Source: Gammaproteobacteria bacterium (GTDB taxonomy: Bacteria; Pseudomonadota; Gammaproteobacteria; Ga0077536). Taken from it: a stretch of 64,000 bases of DNA. This document shows, piece after piece, positions 20,778-31,509 of the stretch. The stretch is from positions 2,240,001 through 2,304,000 of the forward strand of contig CAXXLL010000002.1 in NCBI GenBank assembly GCA_963662545.2. The letters are read 5' to 3'. The stretch's first letter is position 1, and every line of letters begins with the position of its first letter. Position numbers and translations under genes: made by a program. Below the pieces are notes generated by a model, which was not told the origin of the DNA, ran no database searches, and saw nothing but the letters and a program-made list of their open reading frames with translations.

Positions 20778-22355
20778 TCAGGGCGAGATGGAGAGTCGCT
20801 TCGGCGCCGGAGGATTGCGGCGCCCAACGATCGGAAAGACCCGAGTGATAATCTCCCAGATCACCAAAATGATAAAAAGAAACCCCAAGGGTTTGACGAA
20901 ATTCGAGAAATCGTTTCGCACCGTGCGAAGGAATGGCCACAAAGCCGCTCCGCAGAACACCAAAAGGAAGGGATGGAGCAACAGATTCATTGAATCGAGG
21001 CGCCCCAACAAGACCCCGACCAAAAGAAAAAAACAGACTACGCCAGCCGTACCAAAATTAATATACGCCTCTCCCACGGACGTAAAACCTACGCCTTCGC
21101 CCCGGCGAAACTTCTGCGGCGCGATCCTGTATGTTAGCCACGAGCCTGGTGGCAAATCGAGGAGCGCTTCGTCTTTAAGGATGGAATCTTGCACGCGCTT
21201 ACGTTTCGACTCGCCGATTTTCGGCAATATGTTGGGAATCGCTTCCGGCAATGTTTTCAGATACGTCATCCCCCAACGATACGGGTCCTCATGGGGAGTC
21301 AGTTTCAGAATATGGGCCAGTACACCCGCAGTACGCCCCTGCTCGAGCGTCTGCCGCGCTTGTGTTTTTTCGAAAGAGCTTACAACCGTCTCCTGGTCAA
21401 TCTCACTGTAGGCGTTGAACGACCGCCACAGGCCCGCGGCGGGGATTGCCAGAACTGTACCAGCGAACACGATCACGGCAATGACCAAGGGCACCCGATT
21501 CCCAGCCTTTATCCACAGCACGATTCCTATGAGGGTTGGGAAAAGAGCAGCCGAACGATAGCCGATCAGGAGGAAAAACGCGGCCGCAAAAAATGCAAAC
21601 ATCACTGCGTAGATTTTCCCTGTGCGTGTTTGCGCACCCAGGCAAAGCAAAATCGCTGCAGACGGCAACGTCATCATGAAAGCGCCCCATCCACGACTGT
21701 CACCAGCACCGCGAAATAATTCCGTGCGCTCATACGCAAATATGTTTCCATACGATGCAATTGCAAGCACGAAAAAGAGCACAGCAGCACACAGCAGTCC
21801 GATACCAGCCCAAGCTGCTGTTCGCTTCGTCTCTTGCGAGACGGCCGCGAAGGTATCTTTCGAAACGTCTTCAAGGAGATTCTTTCGACAGCCAAAAAGA
21901 AAGCCGATTCCGATACAACCAAGGGCGAGGACGGTGTACCAGCCGGCGAGGCTCAACCACGGTGCGAGACGTGTAACACCCCACGTGATATCTGGAAAGA
22001 TCTTAAAACCGTCGGGCAAGGTTATACCCAGATGAAACAGTGAAAACGCGATGACATAAGTACTTGTCAACAGGTACACCGAGCCCGAAATGAGGAACGA
22101 CGAGAGAAAATAAATCACGAGCCAGACTGAACTCGCCACGGCTATCGGAACCGCCCAGTCCGAGCCGACCACGCTATCACCCGCAATCTTCATCAGCGCG
22201 ACAATCACAACGACTGCACTGACGGTCGCCAGCATCGCGCGCCCAATACCAATCGCCATGGTTCGCGAACCGAATGCGGGCGCCGCAGTTCTCTTTCGGA
22301 CTGAAACCCCGGCAGGTGCGAAATCGGCGGCGTCGTTATTCGCTACATCCCGCAT
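20778..22355 (-). CDS. Wzy-type O-antigen/EPS polymerase
   Basis: ~10 TM segments, large periplasmic loop, GYRS and GFTSVGEAYINFG motifs; adjacent to wzx. Confidence 0.75.
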   Translation of the reverse strand: MRDVANNDAADFAPAGVSVRKRTAAPAFGSRTMAIGIGRAMLATVSAVVVIVALMKIAGDSVVGSDWAVPIAVASSVWLVIYFLSSFLISGSVYLLTSTYVIAFSLFHLGITLPDGFKIFPDITWGVTRLAPWLSLAGWYTVLALGCIGIGFLFGCRKNLLEDVSKDTFAAVSQETKRTAAWAGIGLLCAAVLFFVLAIASYGNIFAYERTELFRGAGDSRGWGAFMMTLPSAAILLCLGAQTRTGKIYAVMFAFFAAAFFLLIGYRSAALFPTLIGIVLWIKAGNRVPLVIAVIVFAGTVLAIPAAGLWRSFNAYSEIDQETVVSSFEKTQARQTLEQGRTAGVLAHILKLTPHEDPYRWGMTYLKTLPEAIPNILPKIGESKRKRVQDSILKDEALLDLPPGSWLTYRIAPQKFRRGEGVGFTSVGEAYINFGTAGVVCFFLLVGVLLGRLDSMNLLLHPFLLVFCGAALWPFLRTVRNDFSNFVKPLGFLFIILVIWEIITRVFPIVGRRNPPAPKRLSISP

Positions 22356-24574
22356 GACGCAGATTCCGTTGATTCGAATCGAATATCAAGGATTCCAAAT
22401 TCACCCGCTTGCAGCTTTCCATGTGCTATTTGGGCGTCGAATGAAAGGTCTTCGATGCCGAAAGATCCTCCGAGTTCAAGTGGACCAGGGTCACTGCACC
22501 CAATGAACGCATCACCTACAGGATGCCGAAACATCTGTGCGACATCGGTCGTATTGACGAGTACCGTCAGGGCCGTCCCAGAGCGGTATTGTAAATAATG
22601 GCTGGCGAGCACGAAATTTCCGCTTTGTCGCATAGGTGACAGCCAGTAACCGCGAAACTTCGCGCGATATATTTTATTTCGGTCCAAATACTCGAGAAGC
22701 GGGCGCCGCATCTTCAAGGGTGCAGAAGTCCACATTTGAATATCGTGAAGCATCGCTAAGCCAAAATAGCCGTTCAAGCCATGTCGATAATCTCGGGTTT
22801 CAAACCATTCACGCCGGGCCATTTCCCCGCGCATACGCATGTGTTTAGACCACAGCACCGAAAGCCAGTAGGTAGGGATCCCATATTGGCCTGGCGAATA
22901 CGCTGAACGGAGTTCTGCGATGTCTACATTTGTAATGTAATCTGGTTTGTTCATTCGCACGCGGTACTCTTCACCCTGCACCATTCCACTTACCAATGTA
23001 TATGCCGGAATCACGGGTGATGCTGAATTATGGACGAAAATGTAGCCCGGTTTTCCCTTTAAATAAAAAAGTGTCGCAAGACGCTTGAAAAACATTCGCA
23101 TACCGAGGATATCTGTCGCTGAGCGAATCCGATCGTTCGCGTCCGTCCAGGCGTGGTCTGCGTTCACCGAATCGATTACACCGCCTTGATCGAAATATAG
23201 CCCGGTAAATCCAAGTTCGTCGATCAGTTTGTCGAAGCGAGATAAAAGATAATCTGCGTACTCCGGTGAACGGTGCGATAACCAGGGGCGGGACAATTTC
23301 GAAGTAAACGGGCCGTCCGAACTTTCCGGGATTACATAGGGCGGACGCGCAGCCCATTGGTCACCGAATGCAACAAACATGGGATCGATCGCGGACAGTG
23401 CGTGTGCGGAAAAATAAGGCAATCTATGGACACCATTCCGGCGGGCGTCATGGATTATTCGACGACCGGCTGCCGCTCCCTTGTAATGCTCCACGTCATG
23501 CCTGGGCAAGCGACTTTCCGCACCGGCAGGAATGACGGTGTAGGGCAACGTTTGGTGTGCGAATGCATCGATCCACCAGAGTTGAACGCTTCCATAACGA
23601 CCCTCTTCGCGCCCTCCGTTCAATGCAACGCGAGTTCGCCTCCAATCGGCGCCAGTCTTTATGGGCGTCGCCAGAAAATTGATTTTCAGCGTGCGCGTGC
23701 CGGAAATCGTCGACGGGCGCGCTATCAGCACCTGACGGATGACCGCGGTATCCGGCTCGGTGCGCTCGATTGTGAGGGCAGGACTTTCGTCGAACACCCA
23801 GTTTCGCGCGTCATCGGCGAAAAACCAAAATGAATGCTCTCCGGTCGCGATACCGAAAGCGTTCGAAAAGCCCCCCTGATAATCAATGGGAAAAACAAAT
23901 CGTTTCTTGCGTTTGCGAATTGTTTTCGCGTCGAAACGCAAGAGCCGTGCACTTTGCGGCGCGTCTACCACTAAGGTGAGATCCAAATATTCCAGCCGCG
24001 CCTGTGGGCTCGCCTGGAGCTCGATCGAAACCATGGCGACACCGTCGTATTCGACCCTCGTTGAAACCCGAACGGAAACACCTTTGCCGATAACAGAACT
24101 CGCGACTACGTTGGCGTGATGCCCACCGACATTTACTATCTGCGGAGGTGAATCGGCGATTAATTCCTGCAGTTCGCCATCCACTTTGACTCTAAGAAAC
24201 ATACCTTGCGCGACGGAATTACCCGCGTGTCGTATCCTGGCGGGCAATAGTCCGTCCTCGTTCCACTCATAGCTGCGGACACCGTCGAGCACGATCGAGA
24301 GACCATCGGTTCTTATTGGGTCGAATTGCGGAAGTACTATTTCATCACGGCCGATAGCGTTATTTTTCCATACGACCGGAGGTTCTGGCGAGGCAGCGTG
24401 CAGCGCCGTGGATAGAAGCGCGACAATCAATGGCAGTGGGTAAAACAACCGATAGCTGAGGTGGACGGGAAACCGGAGCCCACTTAATACCGACACCATA
24501 ATCGCTGATATGCAGACCGGCCGTCGATCGGACCGATCCCGAGAGATTGTGCGAGCGCGCTTCACAATATCCAA
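22343..24574 (-). CDS. Secreted glycoside-hydrolase-like protein (DUF6067-like)
   Basis: Signal-like LIVALLSTALHAA, beta-rich N-half, TIM-barrel-like GFTGLYFDQG, DILGMRMFFKR, VHNS, QGEEY; true start probably downstream of 24574. Confidence 0.5.
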   Translation of the reverse strand: MDIVKRARTISRDRSDRRPVCISAIMVSVLSGLRFPVHLSYRLFYPLPLIVALLSTALHAASPEPPVVWKNNAIGRDEIVLPQFDPIRTDGLSIVLDGVRSYEWNEDGLLPARIRHAGNSVAQGMFLRVKVDGELQELIADSPPQIVNVGGHHANVVASSVIGKGVSVRVSTRVEYDGVAMVSIELQASPQARLEYLDLTLVVDAPQSARLLRFDAKTIRKRKKRFVFPIDYQGGFSNAFGIATGEHSFWFFADDARNWVFDESPALTIERTEPDTAVIRQVLIARPSTISGTRTLKINFLATPIKTGADWRRTRVALNGGREEGRYGSVQLWWIDAFAHQTLPYTVIPAGAESRLPRHDVEHYKGAAAGRRIIHDARRNGVHRLPYFSAHALSAIDPMFVAFGDQWAARPPYVIPESSDGPFTSKLSRPWLSHRSPEYADYLLSRFDKLIDELGFTGLYFDQGGVIDSVNADHAWTDANDRIRSATDILGMRMFFKRLATLFYLKGKPGYIFVHNSASPVIPAYTLVSGMVQGEEYRVRMNKPDYITNVDIAELRSAYSPGQYGIPTYWLSVLWSKHMRMRGEMARREWFETRDYRHGLNGYFGLAMLHDIQMWTSAPLKMRRPLLEYLDRNKIYRAKFRGYWLSPMRQSGNFVLASHYLQYRSGTALTVLVNTTDVAQMFRHPVGDAFIGCSDPGPLELGGSFGIEDLSFDAQIAHGKLQAGEFGILDIRFESTESASCGM

Positions 24575-25728
24575 TCCAGATGCGCATCGAATATCGCGAT
24601 AATGGGCCGGACGTTCGGCGTAGCAATGTGGGGCACCTTGTCTACTCGAATAGTTAAGTGCTACCGGAATCTATCCAAAGCTCAGAACTCGTACCTTTTT
24701 GCGAGCACGTTCAGTATCCTCAGAGAGGCGTGACCGTCCCAAAATTCCGGTACCCGTTTGTTGTCAGAGTTCATCGGAGTTACAAGTACGCGCCGCGCTT
24801 CGGCGACAATACGCTCCGGATTGGATCCAACAAGAGTATTCGTGCCCTCCTCTATCGTGATCGGCCGCTCGGTGTTCTCCCTAATTGTCAGACACGGGAT
24901 TCCAAGGGCCGTCGATTCTTCCTGCAACCCACCACTGTCCGTCAGTACTAGTAGGGAATCACGCCATAGTGACAAAAACTCCCGGTAACCCAGCGGCTCC
25001 GTCGCGATTATCTGATCTGCGAACCGAATGCCATAAGTATCGAGCATCTTGCGCGTTCGCGGATGGACCGCGAATACTAGATCAAGCGACTGTGAGATAT
25101 CATTCAGTGCATCAACGATGCCACGAAGTACAGCTTCATCGTCGACATTAGATGGTCGATGCAGCGTAACGACGCCATACCGCGATGTTTTCTTCCGAAT
25201 CTGTTGCACGACTGAACTGCAGTGCGGTACATCATCCAGTTTGCTCAACTCATGGTAGAGGTTATCTATCATTACGTGTCCAACAAAAAACACGCTGTCC
25301 TTGCCATGCCCTTCGCGCATCAGGTTCTCACGCCCACTACGCTCGGTCACGAACAATAGATCCGAAATTGAATCCGTGACGATTCGATTTATTTCCTCTG
25401 GCATCTCACGATCACCGCTTCTCAGGCCGGCTTCAATATGAGCGACGTCGAGTTTGAGCTTCTTCGCAACAATGGAACACGCAAGTGTCGAATTGACATC
25501 CCCGAAGACCACCACACACGCGGGTTTTTCAGCATTACATATGGGCTCAAAGGCCGTCATAACCTTCGCGGTTTGCTCGCTGTGCGAGCCACTTCCCACA
25601 TTAAGGTGGTAGTGCGGTTGTGGGATCTCGAGATCGCTGAAGAAGACCTCGCTCATATCTTCATCGTAATGTTGCCCCGTGTGAACAAGTACAAAATCGA
25701 ACTCCAAAGGGCGTTGTTGGGTAACCGG

Positions 25729-27312
25729 TCAAACGGCGGCGTCTGGTAATTGATCTCGTGTTGCGGTAACGACGGCCAAGTTAGAACGCAGCGGTTGGGT
25801 AGCGAACAATGTCTTCCACACCCGAGGCGTGAGTTGTTCCACTGCGCTATCCGGATGGATCGCGATCCTCTGGAGTACATCAACCAGGTAGGTGTACGGA
25901 TTAATGCCGTGTATTCGGCAAGTACAGATCAAACTTTGTATGATCCCAACGTGTTCAGCGCCCACCTCAGTCCAACAGAACATCCAATTCTTTCGGCCCA
26001 TCGGAATGGGTCTCAGAGCGCGCTCTAAATGATTCGTGTCGATCGCGACGCTCGCATCCGATAAGTAAACACGTAACGCGCCCTCACGCTCGGCTGCATA
26101 GGCCAGCGCCTTCGTAAACGGCTGACTCGGTAATAAACCCATGCACTGGCGTTGCTCGTCAAGCCAGGCAAAAAATGCATCAACCGCAGGCAAGGCGTAC
26201 CGGCTGCGGTAGGTCTGGGTCGCCGCTTCATCCATTGCCTGGTCACGGATGGTGGCCTCAACGGCATACAGTGCCGCGATCAAATCAAGTGCCTGCGCCG
26301 CACTTTGTGGCCTATCGGATAATGCCCTTTCGAACTGACGACGCGTGTGCGCCCAGCATTGCGCATGCACGACTTCATCGCCGCGATCGGCGGCAAAACG
26401 CGCATAAGCCGCGGCGCCATCGGTTAGTAAGGTGCCTTTAAAGTCCACCAACGTTTTGTCGATGTGCGACCGCGCCTTGGTTCGCGCAAACGTGAACGCA
26501 ATCTCATCCGCTTCGCCATAAATTGGCCAATACCACGCCGCGTTCATCTTGCCCTTGCCCGAGCGACCCGCCTTAATCGGCGTTTCATCCATCGCCAGCG
26601 TCTTCGATAACAAGATATGCCGCAACTGCGCCAGATAAATCGGCTTCAACAGGTCACTTGCCTTCTGCACCCAGTGCGTCAGACTCGACCGCGCCACGGT
26701 AATGCCGTTCAGCCCCATTCGTTGATGTTGACGGTACAGCGGCAGGTGATAAGCGAACTTATCAACCAGCATCCCCGCAACCACACTCACATCCGCCAAT
26801 GAGCCGGACCACAGACCATCGGGCGCCGGGATCGTGAAGATCTGACCGTCGCTTTTGCGCTTCACTACCGGTTGGATGTACTTCAAGACCACATAGGCCG
26901 CCGGCCGTTGCGCTAAACGATAGGTGATCTTTTCACTGCTCGCTTCAAACGCATCCGCGACATCTTCAGGTACCGACAATTGGATGCATTCAATCGGCAC
27001 CGAGTCATCGAAACGTAACCCTTGATCAGTCACACAATCATCGCCACGGCGCTTTCCTTTGCGCCGCTGATAAGTGATCGTTTCTTTCTCAACCGCCGCC
27101 GTCGATGACGACTCATCCTCGAAGCCATTGAGTAACCGTTGATCGGGATTGGGATCAATCAGCCGCCGTTCAGACTTGCGACCGAACAGTTGGCGTTTGA
27201 ACCAGTCGAGTTGTTGGGTGAGTGTGGCGACCTGCGTTTTGAGGGCTGTGTTTTCCGCTTGTAACACCGCCGCATCAAGTGATATTTCCGGCGTTGCATA
27301 ACCCCCATTCAT
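25729..27312 (-). CDS. tnpC: IS66 transposase TnpC
   Basis: LFGRKSE, HLPLYRQ, MDETP, LLTDG, CWAHTRR, IDTNHLERALR, GRKNWMF. Confidence 0.95.
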   Translation of the reverse strand: MNGGYATPEISLDAAVLQAENTALKTQVATLTQQLDWFKRQLFGRKSERRLIDPNPDQRLLNGFEDESSSTAAVEKETITYQRRKGKRRGDDCVTDQGLRFDDSVPIECIQLSVPEDVADAFEASSEKITYRLAQRPAAYVVLKYIQPVVKRKSDGQIFTIPAPDGLWSGSLADVSVVAGMLVDKFAYHLPLYRQHQRMGLNGITVARSSLTHWVQKASDLLKPIYLAQLRHILLSKTLAMDETPIKAGRSGKGKMNAAWYWPIYGEADEIAFTFARTKARSHIDKTLVDFKGTLLTDGAAAYARFAADRGDEVVHAQCWAHTRRQFERALSDRPQSAAQALDLIAALYAVEATIRDQAMDEAATQTYRSRYALPAVDAFFAWLDEQRQCMGLLPSQPFTKALAYAAEREGALRVYLSDASVAIDTNHLERALRPIPMGRKNWMFCWTEVGAEHVGIIQSLICTCRIHGINPYTYLVDVLQRIAIHPDSAVEQLTPRVWKTLFATQPLRSNLAVVTATRDQLPDAAV

Positions 27313-27330
27313 GGGTACGTATTGTACCGT

Positions 27331-27699
27331 TTACACTGCTGACCGTCGATCGTTTTCCGGTAATCGAAACCGTTTTAATCGACGCACTGAGCGTAGATCG
27401 ATCCCTTCAATAATGCACTGCCATTCGCTGCGTTGCAGCCGCTGTTTGACCTCGCTATTCCACCGAACCTGGAACTGACCGCGTTCGAGTTTCTTACTCC
27501 ACAGACAATATCCGTCCGACTCAAAGTACAGCGCTTTTAATAACGTACGCCGGCGATTGACGAAAACGTACAGTGCCCCATCGAGGGGCTCCTCGTGTAA
27601 CGCCTGCCGCACCAACGCCGATAAACCATGGAACGATTGACGCATATCAGTCGGTGCCCGACATAACCATATACGCAAACCCGATGGGGGCGACCACAT
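27331..27699 (-). CDS. tnpB: IS66 accessory protein TnpB
   Basis: PTDMRQSFHGL, YVFVNRRR..LK, DGYCLWSKKLERGQF. Confidence 0.95.
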   Translation of the reverse strand: MWSPPSGLRIWLCRAPTDMRQSFHGLSALVRQALHEEPLDGALYVFVNRRRTLLKALYFESDGYCLWSKKLERGQFQVRWNSEVKQRLQRSEWQCIIEGIDLRSVRRLKRFRLPENDRRSAV

Positions 27700-27989
27700 C
27701 AGTGCCGTGACACACGTAGCACGATGTCATCACCGAGCGCTAACTCGATATCCCATTGTGCATTGGTTAATGGTTGTAACGGGGCCAACTCGACGAAACG
27801 TGTTTCCGCCTTCCCTATCTGAGCGTCCCTCGCTGACCTCGACTTCCTTTTACTGAACGTCGAATATCCAATTCCTCGCTCAGCACAGAATGCGCGGATC
27901 GATGAACCGCTTTGTGCCTGCTCCGCTAATAGGCCACGCCACTCATCCGCACTACGTCGTTTGTTCCGAGGTTTTCCGTGATCATTCAT
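27699..27989 (-). CDS. tnpA: IS66 accessory protein TnpA
   Basis: WR....EQAQSGSSIRAFC...GI HTH and FVEL; first gene in the IS66. Confidence 0.85.
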   Translation of the reverse strand: MNDHGKPRNKRRSADEWRGLLAEQAQSGSSIRAFCAERGIGYSTFSKRKSRSARDAQIGKAETRFVELAPLQPLTNAQWDIELALGDDIVLRVSRH

Positions 27990-28183
27990 TTACCAAGCTC
28001 CCGATTGACTGGGAAACCTGGCAAACTAAACCATCTGCCCGAGACCGTGAATAACGGCCTGGATTGACCGGTTACCTTGTTGGATCTGTCGTATTATGGG
28101 CGCAACTTTCATGAAATTGGGACGCGCGCCGGCGACGAGCAGCAATTTGATGGGACCAGGCATGCTCGATGAGTAGCCTACGG

Positions 28184-29137
28184 TCAGGTGTTCGCAGCGC
28201 GAGCTATCTTCGATCTCGAGCCGGTAATTTTCAGATCAACTTTCGCCCTCGCAAAATTTACTTTGAGGATCTCCTGTCCGCGGTCCGGAAAATCGAGGTC
28301 CACGGTTTCCGCTGTCATCCCTGCTCCGAACAACCCGCCCTTTATACGCTCCAGCGCCATGTTGTAGACAAGCTTGCCGGAAATCCTCGCGGCCCCCTCG
28401 GCAAACGCATATACCAGCGCGGTGTCGCACATCGAATTTATGAGCCTGGGTATGCCTCCACACTGATAATGGATCATTCTTCTTGCGAGAGGCACAAAAA
28501 TATTCTCGTCGCCTCCTGCAGTGGTAAGGCGGTGCACTATATAGCTGTCAGTTTCATCTGCCGCCAGAGGCGGCAGATGATAATCAACACCGATACGTTG
28601 AAAAAATTGTCGGAGTTCGGGTGCTCGCAGAGTAACGCGTAACTCGGGCTGCCCAACCAATACTAGCTGCAACACTAAATCTTTATCCGCATTTATGTTC
28701 GTCAATAATCGCAATTCTTCGATACTTGTAGCGTCTAGATTCTGCGCCTCGTCGATGATTAGCAGAGTGCGTTGTCCTTTCGCGTATTGGTCAATAAGAA
28801 ATTCACGAAAACGATCGAAAAGAATGGGTACCGGCTCATCGTTAAACGGCAAGCCGAATGATAAAGATACCCAATGGATTAGCGTCCCAAATGATTCATG
28901 AGCATTCGAAATTAGACCAACCGTAAGATCCTCGCCGATTTCATCCAGCAATTTCCGGATCAGAGTGGTTTTCCCAGATCCGATTTCTCCGGTAAGCACC
29001 GATATACCCAGGCGATTCGCCAGTCCGTATTGCAGCATCGTCAATCCGGTCGAATGCTTCGACCCAAGATACAGAAAGGCCGGATCAGGGAGCAGTGAAA
29101 ACGGTTTTTCGCTAAAGTTGTAGAAATTCTCGTACAC
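28184..29137 (-). CDS. ExeA-like AAA ATPase (exosortase/EPS-locus associated)
   Basis: YENFYNFSEKPFSLLPDP, GEIGSGKTT, IIDEAQNL, LVGQPEL, GGIPRLIN. Confidence 0.9.
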   Translation of the reverse strand: MYENFYNFSEKPFSLLPDPAFLYLGSKHSTGLTMLQYGLANRLGISVLTGEIGSGKTTLIRKLLDEIGEDLTVGLISNAHESFGTLIHWVSLSFGLPFNDEPVPILFDRFREFLIDQYAKGQRTLLIIDEAQNLDATSIEELRLLTNINADKDLVLQLVLVGQPELRVTLRAPELRQFFQRIGVDYHLPPLAADETDSYIVHRLTTAGGDENIFVPLARRMIHYQCGGIPRLINSMCDTALVYAFAEGAARISGKLVYNMALERIKGGLFGAGMTAETVDLDFPDRGQEILKVNFARAKVDLKITGSRSKIARAANT

Positions 29138-29157
29138 CTTGTATCCCTATCAGATCC

Positions 29158-29970
29158 TTAAGGTGCATGTCCGTGTTCGCGTGAGACATTATTTAGAACC
29201 GTCCCCAGCAGATGCACTCCCTTCATCATCTCCACCGCACGTACGAGTTCATCCTTGGTCGTAACTCCGTCCTCCACGACCAGTAAGGTTGCATCGACAA
29301 AGGGAGAAAACGCAAGCATGTCATCCGTTGAAAGTAATGCCGGCAGATCACAAACAATGATCCGCGACGGATACCTTGATTTGAGTTCCTCGACAAGGCG
29401 AATCATCTTCGGCGATGCCAAGAGCTCGGAAGAATTCGACGTCGGCCTTCCAGCAGGAAGAACGACGAGGCGATCAATGCCAGGGTTGATCAGAATCTGA
29501 CTCAGTGGCAGGTCATCGAGTAAATAATCCACCAGACCATGCTCGATATGGTGCTCGAATCGCTCGTGGATACAAGGTTTTCGCAGATTTAGATCGACAA
29601 GCAATACCGTGCGATGAATTTCCTTCGCCAACGCCACTGAAAGATTAATCGCAGTTAAGGTCTTGCCGTGCCCAGCGCCAGGGCTCGTAACGGCGACGAC
29701 ATTCCAATTATTTGCCGCAAGCCGATGTTCAACCTGAGTGCGCAAAATCTTATAGGCCGTAGAAGCCTGCTCAGGTTCTCCGTTGACAATAATCTTGTTT
29801 CGTTTCAATACCTCGGCATTGATCGGAATAACGCGTGTTTGCGAATAGTTGATCTTTCCATCCGTATTCGTATGGGGGCTGTGGTCAGCCGATTCCGCTC
29901 TAATTTCCGATCCCGTATCACCCTGTGCTTGTGCCCGCGCCAGCTCCATCGCCTTTTTTATTTTTTCCAC
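29158..29970 (-). CDS. CpsD/CapB-family (Wzc C-terminal) BY-kinase
   Basis: AYKILRTQV, TSPGAGHGKT, LLVDLNLRKP, SSELLAS, GTVLN. Confidence 0.88.
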   Translation of the reverse strand: MEKIKKAMELARAQAQGDTGSEIRAESADHSPHTNTDGKINYSQTRVIPINAEVLKRNKIIVNGEPEQASTAYKILRTQVEHRLAANNWNVVAVTSPGAGHGKTLTAINLSVALAKEIHRTVLLVDLNLRKPCIHERFEHHIEHGLVDYLLDDLPLSQILINPGIDRLVVLPAGRPTSNSSELLASPKMIRLVEELKSRYPSRIIVCDLPALLSTDDMLAFSPFVDATLLVVEDGVTTKDELVRAVEMMKGVHLLGTVLNNVSREHGHAP

Positions 29971-31509
29971 AGGCCAACGTTTCCTGCTTATATGCCGATC
30001 TTTCTCAGCAACACGAACCAGAGCACATCGAGTGGTTTCACCGTCGTATGGACAGTCACTAATGCCGCCGCAATGACGACCACGGCGATTCCGGTCGCGA
30101 TACTCATCGATCTATACCTGTGAGTCCGCATCCCTTCATCCCTAATGCTAGGAATGATTGCCAGTGGCGGTGCGGTCAATAGATTCTGAATTCCACGACG
30201 CCCGCGTACTCGAGTATCCATGGCTTCCGCAATCCCAACGCTCCCTAGTCCAGCCGTCATCGCGAGCAAGGTCCCGACCAGCATGAGGGCTATTCGGTTT
30301 GGTTTAGAGGGACGTTCAGGGTGAATTGGCGGCTCGATCAGCACGAAACGCTCGCCCTTATTGTCTATCTCGAGGTTTTCAGATACACGCGCTTCCATCT
30401 GCTTCGCTGTGATTTCCTGGTATTTTTGAAGAGCGTTTTCATGTTCTCGCTGAAGAGCTCGGTACTCGGCCTCAACATCCGGAATCGAGAGCAGATAACC
30501 CGTGTGTCTATCTATCCTGCTTTGGAGTGCTCGACGTGTCTCGCTCAGCGTTCGGATTTCCGCCCGCAGCCGCTCAATTTGAGAGCGAATGCTTATATAT
30601 GCGGGGTTATCGGGTTCGCCCGGATCCAGGTTCGGGATCGATTCGAGTAATGTCCTAAGATTATCGACAACTCTTCTGGCTTTCTGAACATCAGGGTAAT
30701 TTTCGCCATATGTATCGACGAGTGCGGCTAGATCCTGGCTCTTGAGGACGAGTTGTTTTTCGTACAGGTCTTTTGCCTTGGCGGGGTCCACCTGCAATCG
30801 CAGCGCATCAACCTGCTTGTGAAGCCGTTTAACATCGGGGTGCGAATCCCCGTAGCCGGCCTCCGCAGCGACCAACTGCGATTCGGCGTCCATTAAACGC
30901 TGCAATGCAGCAAGCTCTGTCGGCGAAGCGGCTGCGAGGTAGGGCTCGATTTTTATCAGTTCTGCTTCAAAATAAATCAGCTGTTGCTCGGCGGAATGTT
31001 GGCGTTGCTCAATTTCCAAGTGTCGCATTTCAGCCCGGCTGATGATTTCTCGCGTGATACCCTCTAGTTCAGGGCGATTTTGAGGGTGATCGCGCTTGAA
31101 TTGCGCCAAACGTGCTTCAAATCCGGCCACGCGCTGCCTCAAACCTTCAGCTTCATCAGTGAGGAATTCGGAGGTCTCCGCCGCCGCTTTCGTGCGTGAC
31201 TTAATGTTTTCGTTCAGGAAAAGCGAAACCAGTTCGTTCGCGACCTTTTGCGCAGTGGCGGGAGCCGGGCTTTCATAGGAAATACGAAAGGCAATAGTCG
31301 CTTGCGTGGGTCGCCCACTCCGAGGGTCGACGACATCAGCACTGATCGTCTCCTGATCGATATCGTCGCGCATTTTCTCGACGACGATTTGGATAGGCTC
31401 TCGTTGTCTCTCATCTACATAAAGATCGAACTTCTCAATAATGCCGATCAAGTTTCGCGACGTCATAACCGTTTGGCCGATGACCTGAATACGTTGATCG
31501 GCGAAGCTA

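Larger units (their letters stand above)
25721..28075 (-). mobile_element. IS66-family element
   Basis: 12-bp perfect TIR GTAACCGGTCAA; flanks GTTGTTGG / CTTGTTGG (8-bp TSD, one mismatch); tnpA-tnpB-tnpC. Confidence 0.95.
24682..28163 (-). pseudogene. wecB: UDP-GlcNAc 2-epimerase (non-hydrolysing), interrupted by IS66
   Basis: N-part 28076-28163 MPGPIKLLLVAGARPNFMKVAPIIRQIQQ joins in frame to RPLEFDFVLVHTGQHYD...HIEAGLRS...DSGGLQEE when the IS is removed. Confidence 0.92.
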
